DNA of 39,644 nt from a virus. Positions 23,141 to 32,302 of this stretch are shown here, piece by piece (the first letter of the stretch is position 1; each line of letters begins with the position of its first letter). Under the pieces are notes generated by a model. The model made no database searches, was not told where the DNA came from, and saw nothing but the letters and a program-made list of their open reading frames with translations. The stretch lies in the IMG/VR virus record IMGVR_UViG_3300024520_007517, one strand, 5' to 3'. A program made the translations under genes and the position numbers.

Positions 23141-23704
23141 ATGACCGCACTACCCAAGCTCGAAGGCAACTACGAGCCCCTCAAGATCTACCTTGAAGAG
23201 TCGACGACGTGGACGGCCCCGGAGCGCAACTCCGTCCTGCGGGCGATCAAGCAGTGGAACTGGGCCGACCCGGAGAGGGCACAGTATCTGCCGCCTCTGA
23301 TGGAGATCGCCGAGTTCCAGAGGCAGAGCGACGTGACGGTCAACTGGGTGGAGGAGGTCGACGCCCTCCTCCTGGTCGTAGGACACCCCGTGATCCTCAA
23401 GGACAGCGCCTTCGGGTGCTGCGTCACCGATACCGAGACAGGGCAGGTGGACATCTACCTTGACCGCAACATGCACAGGCAGCTTGGGCCGGGATGGCGC
23501 GTGCCGGTGGCTCTGCACGAGCTGGGGCATGCCGGAGGGCTGCGCCACTCCGACGCCACGGTGCCCTCCGGCATCATGCAGCCGGGACTGGTGAACCTCG
23601 ACGAGGGTCACGGCTTCCGCATGGTCACTCAGCTCGAGCGAGAACGCCTACGAGAACTCCGAGTCGACAGCGTCGTCGGCGTAGACAGCCTGGAAGGCAA
23701 CTGA
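23141..23704 (+). CDS. metzincin-type zinc metalloprotease (187 aa)
   Basis: track ORF; AGGAGCC SD; exact HExxHxxGxxH motif (HELGHAGGLRH). Confidence 0.55.
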   Translation: MTALPKLEGNYEPLKIYLEESTTWTAPERNSVLRAIKQWNWADPERAQYLPPLMEIAEFQRQSDVTVNWVEEVDALLLVVGHPVILKDSAFGCCVTDTETGQVDIYLDRNMHRQLGPGWRVPVALHELGHAGGLRHSDATVPSGIMQPGLVNLDEGHGFRMVTQLERERLRELRVDSVVGVDSLEGN

Positions 23705-23705
23705 C

Positions 23706-24185
23706 ATGAACTTCTTCTCCTCCCCTTTCGAGGCCCTCCTCATCGCCGTCAAGCCCCGCAAGCAGGGGCCCGATGACGACCGCGTCCTCGTCGTCGACCT
23801 GGTCATGGACATTCTGGTACCCGACATCTCGATGGCCTACCAGCTCGATGACAGTGCCGGCGACTTGCTCTTCGGGCCGACGGCCGGGCTGCTGAAGCAG
23901 GCTGCCGTGCTGACCGGCCGGCAGCAGTGCGGCACCTTCGACCTATCGGTCGGCTTCGCCCCCATCCTCAACGAGCAGGATGAGAACGTGAGCCTCTTCT
24001 TCGACTCGACCAAGGTCAAGATCACCCACCTGAAGCCGGACGCGGAGGAGACCTCCATGGTTCGCTCAGTGATGACGGTGTCCCCCGACGATCACCGCGC
24101 CGTGCAGCTGATGATGGAGCGCATCGAAGACGCCATCTGGTGCGTTGGCACCGAGTCCATCATGGAGAAGGAAGAGGCGGCCTGA
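23706..24185 (+). CDS. hypothetical protein (159 aa)
   Basis: track ORF; start 2 nt after previous stop. Confidence 0.55.
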   Translation: MNFFSSPFEALLIAVKPRKQGPDDDRVLVVDLVMDILVPDISMAYQLDDSAGDLLFGPTAGLLKQAAVLTGRQQCGTFDLSVGFAPILNEQDENVSLFFDSTKVKITHLKPDAEETSMVRSVMTVSPDDHRAVQLMMERIEDAIWCVGTESIMEKEEAA

Positions 24186-24544
24186 TGCACTGCTTCTTCC
24201 TCAACCAGAAGGCAGCCAACGAGGCTGCTGCGACGAAGCTCGTCGCCGAAGGCCATGACGAGGGCGAGGCGTTGGAGGCCGTGCGGGAACTGGCCCTGCC
24301 TCCCATCCTCGAGGTGCAGTGGATGTGGTTCCCGAACTTCATCGCCACCGACACGCCGATGCAGAATCGCCTCTACAAGGCCTGGTCCTCTCGCTGGGCA
24401 GGCCAGGAGGTGGTCGATGGTCAGCTTGAGTGCGCCGACGAGATGCACGAGTGGATCTTGGACTGGGTGACGGTCCAATACCCCTTCGTCGAGGGTCTGA
24501 AGGGCTACCTGAAGGGCATCGAACAAGTCCGCCAGGCTGCGTAG
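24185..24544 (+). CDS. hypothetical protein (119 aa)
   Basis: internal ATG (MHCFFLNQKA...) of track ORF 24140..24544; TGATG overlap. Confidence 0.5.
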   Translation: MHCFFLNQKAANEAAATKLVAEGHDEGEALEAVRELALPPILEVQWMWFPNFIATDTPMQNRLYKAWSSRWAGQEVVDGQLECADEMHEWILDWVTVQYPFVEGLKGYLKGIEQVRQAA

Positions 24545-24612
24545 TGGCGCTAGCCCCTCCCATCCGGCGGCCCCGGACTTTCTCGGGGCCGAAGGTACGC
24601 TCCCGGAAGCTC

Positions 24613-26823
24613 GTGTCCGTCTTGATGGCGGCTTACCAGGCGCAGGAGTGGGTGGTGGCCGCGGCAGCGTCAGTTCTCGACCAGGCACTTCCCGCAGGAT
24701 GGGACTTGGAGCTTCTGGTGTGCGTTGACGGCTGCACCGCCACGCTGAAGGCGGTGCAGGGTCTTCACGACCCAAGGGTGGGAGTGGCGGCACTGGACAA
24801 GAACTACGGCACCTACATCGCCACCAACACCATCCTGGGCATGTCCCGGGGCGAGCTGGTGACCTGCATGGGGGCCGACGACATCATGCTGCCGACCCGG
24901 CTCCTCAAGCTGGTCGGTGCGATGGAGAGGCACCCAGAGGTGGGCCTGGCCGGAGCGTGGTACACCCGAACAGACGAAGATCTGAACTTCCTAGAGCATC
25001 GGAACACCTGCGGCGACGGCACCTGGGTACATCGCAGAAGCATCCTGGTGGGGAAGCTCGGGGGCTTCATGCCGTGGACGTGCGGAGCCGACTCAGAGGT
25101 GGTGGTGCGGACCTCCTACCTGGGGGCCAAGAGGCATCAAGTGCGAGAGCATCTGTACCTGCACCGCCAACACCCGAAGCAGCTCACCGCGGACCCGAAA
25201 ACCGCCGCGGGGTCCAAAGTACGGGAGGGCTACGTCGAGATCATCGAACGCGCCAGGACCCGCTATAAGGGAGGGGCGAGGCCCCAGCGCATCGTTCCCG
25301 TAAAGGGGAAGGTGGCGTCCTTGGGAGGCTTCTTGCGGAAGACCAAGGAGGCGCCTCCGAAGGCCGAGCTGAAAGAGGTGTCGATGGCCTCTATCCCTGC
25401 CCGAAGAAAGACCCTGAAGGAAGCGGTGGAAAGCCTCCTCCCCCAAGTGGATCGGGTCAACGTCTACCTCAACGAGTACCGGGACGTGCCGAGCTTCCTG
25501 AATCACCCCAAGATCCGGGTCGCCCGCAGCCAGAAGCACGGGAACCGGGGAGACGCGGGGAAGTTCTTTTGGTCGGGGAGGGGCCGGGGGTACCACCTGA
25601 CCGCCGACGACGACATTATCTACCCAAAGGGGTACGTCACCCGCCTGGTAAATGCCATTGACCACTACGGCCGCAGGGCCGTCTTGAGCTTCCATGGCAC
25701 TGTGCTGAGACCGGGAGCGAAGGTCTACTACAAGGACCGGGTGACCACTTTCCGCTGCTTGGATGGGGTAGACGGCAACCACCCGGTGCATGTCGCGGGC
25801 ACGGGAGTCATGGGGTACCACTCTGACGCCTTGAAGGTGACCCCCGAGGACTTCAAGCACCCCAACATGGCGGATGTGTGGATGGGGCTTCTGTGCCAGA
25901 AGGCGCGGGTGCCCTGCGTCGTCCTCCAGCACAAGGGCGGGTGGCTCAAAAGCCATTGGATCCCGGACACCATCTTTCGGAAGTCCGCGGACCACCTGGA
26001 TGGGTCCTTCATGGACTCATCCGTTCAACAGAACCGAGCCATCCAGTCGGTCTCATGGGATCTGCTTCCCGCCCCCGCCTTCCGGATAGGGGTGGTGATG
26101 CCCATTTGGCGGCGCGAGCCAGTGGCTCGCGCCGCGCTCAGGCACCTACACCGGCTTCGAGTGGCCCTTCAGAAGGAGGGGGTCAGCCTTCGGGTGGTGA
26201 TCGTGGGCTCCGAGAAAGAGGTCTCCGCCTCCTTGGTGAGGGAGGCGGGGCGAGGGGAGTTCCGCTATGTGGAGTGGCCGAACTCCCCGCTGGGGAGCAA
26301 GTTCCAGGCCGGAGTGGATGCCGTCCGAAAGTGGGGAGTGGATGCAGCGGTCATCAACGGGTCTGACGACTTTCTCTCCCTCTCCGTCTTCAAGCACTAC
26401 GTCGCAAGGCACTACGACGGGGCGCCGTTGATGGGCGTGAAGGATGCGACCCTACTGGATACGGCCTCCGGCAAAGCCGCGTACTGGGCGGGGTACACGA
26501 GGAATCGAGCCAGGATCGGAGAGCCGGCCGGCACAGGCCGATTCTATTCGGCGCGGACGCTGGACTCTCTGGGGTGGGAGCTGTACCCCACGCACCTATC
26601 GATGGGCCTCGACGCCGCGTGCATGAAGCGGTTGGGGGCGAGAAAGTTCGAGCTGGTGGGGCAACCCACCGCCCACCTCGTGGCCCTCAAGACTGCGGAC
26701 GCGCTCAACGCCTTCCCCGGAGGAGGAGCCGTGGTTTCCTCTGAGGGGGCGCTCACCAACCTGTTCCCCGGGACTCAGGAAGATATTCGGCGATTGTTGG
26801 GGGGCCCTCGTGCAGGTGCATGA
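24613..26823 (+). CDS. multidomain glycosyltransferase (~736 aa): N-terminal GT2 (GT-A) domain plus two further GT-A-like domains
   Basis: track ORF 24430..26823, start placed at GTG 24613 (alternatives TTG 24622, ATG 24625) after stop of previous gene; KLVSVLMAAYQ...LLVCVDGC...CMGADDIM is the GT2 signature with DxD; second DDD motif (LTADDDIIY) and third Rossmann-like region (IGVVMPIW...VVIVGSEKE...INGSDDF). Confidence 0.65.
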   Translation: MSVLMAAYQAQEWVVAAAASVLDQALPAGWDLELLVCVDGCTATLKAVQGLHDPRVGVAALDKNYGTYIATNTILGMSRGELVTCMGADDIMLPTRLLKLVGAMERHPEVGLAGAWYTRTDEDLNFLEHRNTCGDGTWVHRRSILVGKLGGFMPWTCGADSEVVVRTSYLGAKRHQVREHLYLHRQHPKQLTADPKTAAGSKVREGYVEIIERARTRYKGGARPQRIVPVKGKVASLGGFLRKTKEAPPKAELKEVSMASIPARRKTLKEAVESLLPQVDRVNVYLNEYRDVPSFLNHPKIRVARSQKHGNRGDAGKFFWSGRGRGYHLTADDDIIYPKGYVTRLVNAIDHYGRRAVLSFHGTVLRPGAKVYYKDRVTTFRCLDGVDGNHPVHVAGTGVMGYHSDALKVTPEDFKHPNMADVWMGLLCQKARVPCVVLQHKGGWLKSHWIPDTIFRKSADHLDGSFMDSSVQQNRAIQSVSWDLLPAPAFRIGVVMPIWRREPVARAALRHLHRLRVALQKEGVSLRVVIVGSEKEVSASLVREAGRGEFRYVEWPNSPLGSKFQAGVDAVRKWGVDAAVINGSDDFLSLSVFKHYVARHYDGAPLMGVKDATLLDTASGKAAYWAGYTRNRARIGEPAGTGRFYSARTLDSLGWELYPTHLSMGLDAACMKRLGARKFELVGQPTAHLVALKTADALNAFPGGGAVVSSEGALTNLFPGTQEDIRRLLGGPRAGA

Positions 26824-27718
26824 GCTGCTACGCGTCCTGCACGAGCGGGGCCTTCTACTCCAGGTGCTGGGGACCACGGAGGGGGCGGCCCTACGCCCCC
26901 ACTCCTTGACCTCCGCCGGTCCAGGGTCGGTCTGCTTCTCCCAGTCCCCCACTCCGGAGATCTTTGAGCAGGCCGCGCAAAGGGGTACGGCTCTGCTCTT
27001 ATCGGCCCCCTTCGAGTTCCCGTGGAGGGAGGACATGCCGATCGCGGTCTGCGATCGGGTTCGGTTGGCCTTTGCCGTCGTGACGGGATTGTTTGAGCCG
27101 CCCCCTGTACCGGGCGTACACCCGACCGCGGTGGTGGATGGCTACGTTGACCCCTCGTCGACGGTGGGGGCTATGTGCTACGTCGGGCCGGGATGCTCGG
27201 TGGGCGCGGGGTCGGTGCTTCATCCGGGGGTGGTCCTGGTGCGGAACGTCCGGGTCGGAGAGCGCTGTATCGTGCACTCAGGGGCCGTCCTGGGGGCAGA
27301 CGGTTTCGGCTATGCCCGCGATCAGGACGGTCGACTGGAGAAGATCCGGCACTTTGGGGGAGTCGTTCTAGAGGACCACGTCGACATTGGCCCGAACTCC
27401 AACGTGAACGCGGGCACCCTCGACCCGACTCGGCTCTGCTTCGGAGCGAAAGTAGACGCCCTCTGCCACATCGGGCACAACGCCCAGATAGGCCGGCACG
27501 CTGCCCTCGCTGCCGGGACCATTCTGGGGAGGTCGGCCCTCGGTGAGGCGTCCTGGACCGGGCTGAACAGCACCATCCTGCCGGGGAATGACGTGGGGGA
27601 CCGGGGGACGGTGGCTGCTCACGCTCTGGTGACCCGGGAGGTTCCTCCAGATACTACGGCGGTGGGAGTTCCCGCCCGGGCCATTTCTCGAGTACGCAAG
27701 CCCGGGGACATGTGGTGA
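26810..27718 (+). CDS. LpxD-like left-handed beta-helix (hexapeptide-repeat) sugar N-acyltransferase (302 aa)
   Basis: track ORF; GTG start overlapping previous gene; LpxD-type N-terminal region, then hexapeptide repeats VHPTAVVDGYVDPSSTVGAMCYVGPGCSVGAGSVLHPGVVLVRNVRVGERCIVHSGAVLG. Confidence 0.65.
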   Translation: MQVHELLRVLHERGLLLQVLGTTEGAALRPHSLTSAGPGSVCFSQSPTPEIFEQAAQRGTALLLSAPFEFPWREDMPIAVCDRVRLAFAVVTGLFEPPPVPGVHPTAVVDGYVDPSSTVGAMCYVGPGCSVGAGSVLHPGVVLVRNVRVGERCIVHSGAVLGADGFGYARDQDGRLEKIRHFGGVVLEDHVDIGPNSNVNAGTLDPTRLCFGAKVDALCHIGHNAQIGRHAALAAGTILGRSALGEASWTGLNSTILPGNDVGDRGTVAAHALVTREVPPDTTAVGVPARAISRVRKPGDMW

Positions 27719-28341
27719 TCCCCCTCCGTGGAACAGTTCTGGCCCTCGGTCCACACCCCGACGATGTGGAGCTGGGGTGTGGAGGCCTGCTGGCGCGTCT
27801 CAAGGGCTGCAAGAAGCACATCCGCGTCTTCTCGGACTGCGAGAAGTCCATCCCAGAGGGGTTCACCACCGAGGACCTCATCGCGGAGTGCCATGAGGCT
27901 GCCGCACTGCTGGGGGCATCCTGCGAGGTCCTCGACTTCCCCGTACGGGACTTCCCGGCGCAGAGGCAGGAGATCCTGGAGGCGCTCGTAGGACTGAACA
28001 AGGAGCTGCGCCCAGACGTGGTGCTGGTCCCCTCGTCTACCGACATACACCAGGACCACCGGGTGATCTTCGAGGAAGCCGTTCGGGCCTTCCGAACATG
28101 CACCGTTCTTGGGTACGAGGTCTCTTGGAGCAATAAGGCCCACCGGCCGTCCTTGTTCGTTGCTCTAGGGCGGGAGGACGTAGAAGTGAAACTTTCTGCC
28201 CTCAGGTGCTACCAAACTCAGGCGATAGGCAGGAGCTACTTCAAGGACGACGAGATGTTTGTGGCCCCTCTGAGGGTCAGAGGATTACAGATCAGGCAGC
28301 TTTACGCGGAGGCGTTTGAGGTCTTGCTGGGGGTCATCTGA
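27712..28341 (+). CDS. PIG-L/LmbE family N-acetylglucosaminyl deacetylase (209 aa)
   Basis: track ORF; signature LALGPHPDDVELGCGG (AHPDDE-type zinc-binding motif), HQDH. Confidence 0.65.
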   Translation: MVIPLRGTVLALGPHPDDVELGCGGLLARLKGCKKHIRVFSDCEKSIPEGFTTEDLIAECHEAAALLGASCEVLDFPVRDFPAQRQEILEALVGLNKELRPDVVLVPSSTDIHQDHRVIFEEAVRAFRTCTVLGYEVSWSNKAHRPSLFVALGREDVEVKLSALRCYQTQAIGRSYFKDDEMFVAPLRVRGLQIRQLYAEAFEVLLGVI

Positions 28342-28920
28342 ATGTACGACGAGGCACTTTATTGGGATTCGCGGTATCTCGCGGGAGGGAACAGCGGCTC
28401 CGGCTCTCGAGGGAAGGAGGGGGACTGGAAGGCCCGCTTCGTGATCGAGGAGGCGAAGAGAGCCAAGCCGCAGACAGTCTTGGACCTTGGCAGCGGGGAC
28501 GGCGTAGTAGGCGCTCAGATCATGCGCTCTCTGCCGAGCTCCCTCTACCTCGGGGTGGACATCTCTTCCGCCGCCGTAGAGTCCTCCTGCCGGCAGAGGA
28601 CCCCCAACATGCAGTTCCTCGTCGAGGATCTTGTATCTTCCCGGCACACGGCGGACCTGGTCCTTTGCCTCGATGTCCTGTTCCACCTGCCCACAGAGCA
28701 GCGGCAGCGAGAGGCTCTTGAGGCGATAGGTAGATCCTTCGAGAAGTCGGCGGTTGTCGCCGCGTGGAACAGCGGAGTGCTGTCCCTGGGGGAGCTCGCG
28801 CCACACTGCTTCTTCTTCCCCTTCGTGCCCCCACCGGGCACCGTGATCTACAAGCAGGAGACGCTGCCCATGAACCCCGTGAAGACTATGTACGTCCTGC
28901 ACAGGTCGGAGGTGGGATGA
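28342..28920 (+). CDS. class I SAM-dependent methyltransferase (192 aa)
   Basis: track ORF; motif I VLDLGSGDG, post-I acidic residue, DLVLCLDVLFHL. Confidence 0.6.
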   Translation: MYDEALYWDSRYLAGGNSGSGSRGKEGDWKARFVIEEAKRAKPQTVLDLGSGDGVVGAQIMRSLPSSLYLGVDISSAAVESSCRQRTPNMQFLVEDLVSSRHTADLVLCLDVLFHLPTEQRQREALEAIGRSFEKSAVVAAWNSGVLSLGELAPHCFFFPFVPPPGTVIYKQETLPMNPVKTMYVLHRSEVG

Positions 28921-29417
28921 CGTACTGGAACAAGAGGAAGCAGCATGTCTACTACCGCGAGGTCTTAGCGGTAGCTCGGAGGACCGCCCCCAAAGCGACC
29001 AGCCTCCTTGATGTGGGGACAGGCCCTTGCGAGTACCCAGCGTGGTTCGATTGGATCCCGCGGAAGGTGCTGGTGGACAAGGGCAACACCCCTCCTGTGC
29101 CCGGGGCCGAGTGCATTCGGGCCGACTTCATGACCTACCAGACGGCCGAGCGCTTTGACCTCGTCACCTGCCTGCAGGTCCTGGAGCATCTGCAAGATCC
29201 AGCAGCCATGGCGCGGCGCTTGCTCGCCCACGGCAAGAAGGTGATCGTGTCGGTGCCGTACATGTGGCCGGAGAACTTCTGCAAGTACCATGTGCAGGAC
29301 CCAGTCAGCACCAAGAAGCTGCTCTCCTGGTTCCCGGTCAAGCCCATCGAGACCCTGAAGGTGACCGAGCCCGGGAACATCTCCAGGATGATCGCCGTGT
29401 TCCCTGGGAGAGCATGA
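28917..29417 (+). CDS. class I SAM-dependent methyltransferase (166 aa)
   Basis: internal ATG (MTYWNKRKQH...) of track ORF 28764..29417; ATGA overlap; LLDVGTGPCEY and FDLVTCLQVLEHLQDP. Confidence 0.55.
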   Translation: MTYWNKRKQHVYYREVLAVARRTAPKATSLLDVGTGPCEYPAWFDWIPRKVLVDKGNTPPVPGAECIRADFMTYQTAERFDLVTCLQVLEHLQDPAAMARRLLAHGKKVIVSVPYMWPENFCKYHVQDPVSTKKLLSWFPVKPIETLKVTEPGNISRMIAVFPGRA

Positions 29418-30145
29418 GCCTCCGCCGCAGCCATCTCACCTTCTCTGTCGGCCTGTCCGTCAAGGGCCGGGAGTCCCAGCGCCTGGATAGGTGTCTGGAG
29501 AGCCTGGAGCAGCAGACGCTGCGCCCTGTGCAGATCGTCGTGGTGGAGATGGCCGAGAAGGGCCTCTTCAAGCACCGAGCCACCTGCGTGCGCTTCGGGG
29601 TGCGTCACCTGCAGGTGGAGGATGACGAGGGCCTCTTCCCGCTGGCCAGGCTGGCCAACATCGCAGGCCGTCAGCTCATGGGCTCGGCCACCCACTTCGT
29701 CAAGACGGACATGGACGCCGTCTTCCACCCCGAGCTGCTGCGGCAGCTGGCGCTTCGCGTGGATGAGGACCCTCGAGGCCTGGTGAGCGTGCGCCCCCGC
29801 CGGCTGCTCAAGAAGTACTCGTATCCTGGAGGCCCCGAGCGATGGTGCCGCGACGCACAGCTGGTGAAGGGGGACGAGAAGATGTGGGGCCTGTGCATGG
29901 CTCACGACTTCGACTCCTTCGGTGAGCTCCGCGGATTCGACGAGGCCTTCGTGGGCTGGGGAGGGGAGGACCGCAACTACGTCTACCGGGCGGAGCAAGC
30001 AGGGCGGACAGCGAGGATGCTGGACATGGGCCCTCTGCTGGCCCACCAGTGGCACTCCGTCGAGAAGGGCTCCCGGGTGAACGCCTGCAAGAACAAGGAG
30101 TGGCGGAAGAGGGCCCAGAGGAATGGGACGGGGTGGGGCCGGTGA
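29414..30145 (+). CDS. family 2 glycosyltransferase (243 aa)
   Basis: internal ATG (MSLRRSHLTFSVGLSV...) of track ORF 29264..30145; ATGA overlap; GT2 N-terminal beta-strand, DMDAVF (DxD), GFDEAFVGWGGEDRNYVYR (GT2 C-terminal GEDxD motif). Confidence 0.65.
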   Translation: MSLRRSHLTFSVGLSVKGRESQRLDRCLESLEQQTLRPVQIVVVEMAEKGLFKHRATCVRFGVRHLQVEDDEGLFPLARLANIAGRQLMGSATHFVKTDMDAVFHPELLRQLALRVDEDPRGLVSVRPRRLLKKYSYPGGPERWCRDAQLVKGDEKMWGLCMAHDFDSFGELRGFDEAFVGWGGEDRNYVYRAEQAGRTARMLDMGPLLAHQWHSVEKGSRVNACKNKEWRKRAQRNGTGWGR

Positions 30146-30963
30146 ACCTGCTCCGCAAAGGGCGGGTCGACGACGAGGCCGCCGTGCCCAGCTACAAGGA
30201 GCCGAAGGACACTAGGCCGTTCCAGGTGAGCGCCGTCATACCCATCAAGGACCGTCCCTCCAAGCACCTGGCCGCTTCCGTCCGCTTCCTGCTTGCACAG
30301 TCCCTCCCGGTGCACGAGATCATCGTGGTGGATCAGGCCAGCAAGCCGGAGCTGCGGAGAGAGTACGCATCGATCTTGAAGGCACCCAAGACGAAGCACC
30401 TGATCCGAGACACGCCCGACCAGTGGAATAAGCCTATGGCGGCCAACGCCGGCATCCGGGCCACCAGCCCAGAGAGCACCCACATACTCAACCTCGACTG
30501 CGACATGCTCTTCGGCCCCAATGCCCTGGACACTCTTAGGTCGCTAGCCGACAAGTACGGCGGGGAGGTTCTGGTGTACGGTCACCGGCATGATCTGCTC
30601 GACGCCAGCACGCTGCTGTCTCGGCGCCCCAGGTGGAGGACTCTGCTAAGAAACCTGCGCCTCACAGATCGGGTCGCCAACCCCTGGCACTTTGTACCGA
30701 GAGATTGGATCCACCGGGTGCGTGGGTACGACGAGAGGATGTGGGGCCGCGGCGCCATGGATAACGACATGACCTCTCGGGCTGAGAGGGATCCATCCAT
30801 CGCGGTAGCTCAAGTCAATGAGAAACAGCCGTTGGCCATCCACTACAACCACTCCAGGCCGCCTTGGCCAGAGACCCATAAGAGGCCGGAGACCGCCCTG
30901 AATTGCCACCTGAGGAACACAGATCTCTCTATCGTGAGGAACGACGAGAACTGGGGAGCCTGA
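30142..30963 (+). CDS. family 2 glycosyltransferase (273 aa)
   Basis: track ORF 30049..30963; GTG start overlapping previous stop (GTGA); VSAVIPIKDRPS...IIVVDQAS...LNLDCDMLF. Confidence 0.55.
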   Translation: MNLLRKGRVDDEAAVPSYKEPKDTRPFQVSAVIPIKDRPSKHLAASVRFLLAQSLPVHEIIVVDQASKPELRREYASILKAPKTKHLIRDTPDQWNKPMAANAGIRATSPESTHILNLDCDMLFGPNALDTLRSLADKYGGEVLVYGHRHDLLDASTLLSRRPRWRTLLRNLRLTDRVANPWHFVPRDWIHRVRGYDERMWGRGAMDNDMTSRAERDPSIAVAQVNEKQPLAIHYNHSRPPWPETHKRPETALNCHLRNTDLSIVRNDENWGA

Positions 30964-31109
30964 CATGGGATGCAACTGCCGCAAGCAAGCCAAACCGCAG
31001 AGAGCTACCCGGCCCGTGCGTACTCGTGTAGTGTACGCACAACGTGGAGTACAAGTCCGCAAGCCACGCGAGAGCAGCGAGCAGGTGGACAAGAAGGTGA
31101 GGAGGATCG

Positions 31110-31298
31110 GTGAGCAGTAACGACGCCCGAATGCAGATCCGCCTGCCCCAGGATCTGAAGAAGTTCGCCCTCGATGAGGCGGCGGAGGACCAGAAGGCGA
31201 AGGGCAATGCGTCCTTGCTGATCCGCCACATGCTCGAAGAGCGACGACGCAAGAAGCTCGCTGCAGCCGTTGAAGGGATCGAGATCCATGAGTTCTGA
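31110..31298 (+). CDS. ribbon-helix-helix (Arc/MetJ/CopG-like) DNA-binding protein (62 aa)
   Basis: track ORF; GTG start with GAGGAGGA SD; ARMQIRLPQDLKKFALDEAAEDQKAKGNASLLIRHMLEE fits RHH beta-alpha-alpha. Confidence 0.55.
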   Translation: MSSNDARMQIRLPQDLKKFALDEAAEDQKAKGNASLLIRHMLEERRRKKLAAAVEGIEIHEF

Positions 31299-31980
31299 GA
31301 AGAAGGTCGAGCGCTCCCACCGCTTGGTACGGACCGACCCTGTGGGAATCTCCTCCCAGCTCCGAGAGGAGCTGAAGATGGGCGGGGTCTCCGGGGTCGC
31401 CATCGACATCGAGGGCCGGACCATCCTCGTGGAGCGGCTGGCCTCCGTCCAGCAGCAGCTCGACCTACACAACGAGGCGCAGGAGGCCCAGACCATCGTA
31501 GATCCGGTGGAGTACGCCCTGGAGAACCTCTCCGAGATGAACGTCCAGGGCTTCACTCTGCGGGAGGCGATGTTCGAGGTCGCCGATGCAGCCATCGGCG
31601 GCGGAGGAGCCATCGTCTCCTGGGTCTGTGGGGACCCCCAGCGAGTCGCGAAGATGCTCGACCGGCAGATGCCGCGTCTGCAGTCCCACCCGCTTTTCAT
31701 CCTGCAGGCTGCCCTGCGCCATTCTCCAAGGCTCAGCGAGACGGATGTGGTCGCCTGCATCGGCCCCTCCCTGGATGACCCCGCCGAAGTGGTCGCCGGG
31801 ATTCTCTTCCGTCTTGAGGACATCACCGCTCCCCGTGGAGAGAGCCATGAACACCATCCTGTCAGTGCTAATCGAGAGCTCCCTGGTCCCGAGGCAGGCC
31901 GTGGATCTGCTACTCAGGCACGGCCTTCTGGACCAGGCAGAAGCCGACCGCTATGGGCGGGACCCGCTCCCGGCCGATGA
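31288..31980 (+). CDS. hypothetical protein (about 190-230 aa; C-terminal extent uncertain)
   Basis: internal ATG (MSSEKKVERSH...) of track ORF 31270..31980, overlapping RHH stop; GC3 collapses after ~31850 where next gene starts. Confidence 0.45.
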   Translation: MSSEKKVERSHRLVRTDPVGISSQLREELKMGGVSGVAIDIEGRTILVERLASVQQQLDLHNEAQEAQTIVDPVEYALENLSEMNVQGFTLREAMFEVADAAIGGGGAIVSWVCGDPQRVAKMLDRQMPRLQSHPLFILQAALRHSPRLSETDVVACIGPSLDDPAEVVAGILFRLEDITAPRGESHEHHPVSANRELPGPEAGRGSATQARPSGPGRSRPLWAGPAPGR

Positions 31981-32302
31981 AGAGGGACTTCAAGAGCTTG
32001 CGGAGAAGGTCGAAGCGGCCCTGGCCAACGTCCCAGATGCGGAGTCTCTTGACGACATCGAGCGAGGGGCGGACGTTCTGGTCCATGGGCAGTTCGGCAG
32101 CCACGTCCGGCTGGCAGGGAAGGTCTGCAAGCAGGCTCTCTACATCTGCCTGCCACCCGACGTGGAGGAGGACAACCTGTTCGTTGGCCTCCCCACGGAG
32201 TTCGACATCTCCGCGTGGGGTGGGAGCACTACGGGAGTGAAGTACCGGGATCCAGAAGTAGTCCAGCATCGCGGCAAGCGGTGGTTGAGGGTGGAGCTGT
32301 AG
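31847..32302 (+). CDS. hypothetical acidic protein (151 aa)
   Basis: internal ATG (MNTILSVLIESS...) of track ORF 31586..32302 with GGAGAGAG SD; high GC3. Confidence 0.6.
   Translation: MNTILSVLIESSLVPRQAVDLLLRHGLLDQAEADRYGRDPLPADEEGLQELAEKVEAALANVPDAESLDDIERGADVLVHGQFGSHVRLAGKVCKQALYICLPPDVEEDNLFVGLPTEFDISAWGGSTTGVKYRDPEVVQHRGKRWLRVEL

Noticed and set aside
30965-31119. 49-aa Cys/Arg-rich ORF (MGCNCRKQAKPQ...) between the GT2 and RHH genes
   Set aside because: Only moderate GC3 (~65%) and no SD; overlaps the RHH start. Not supported enough to call.
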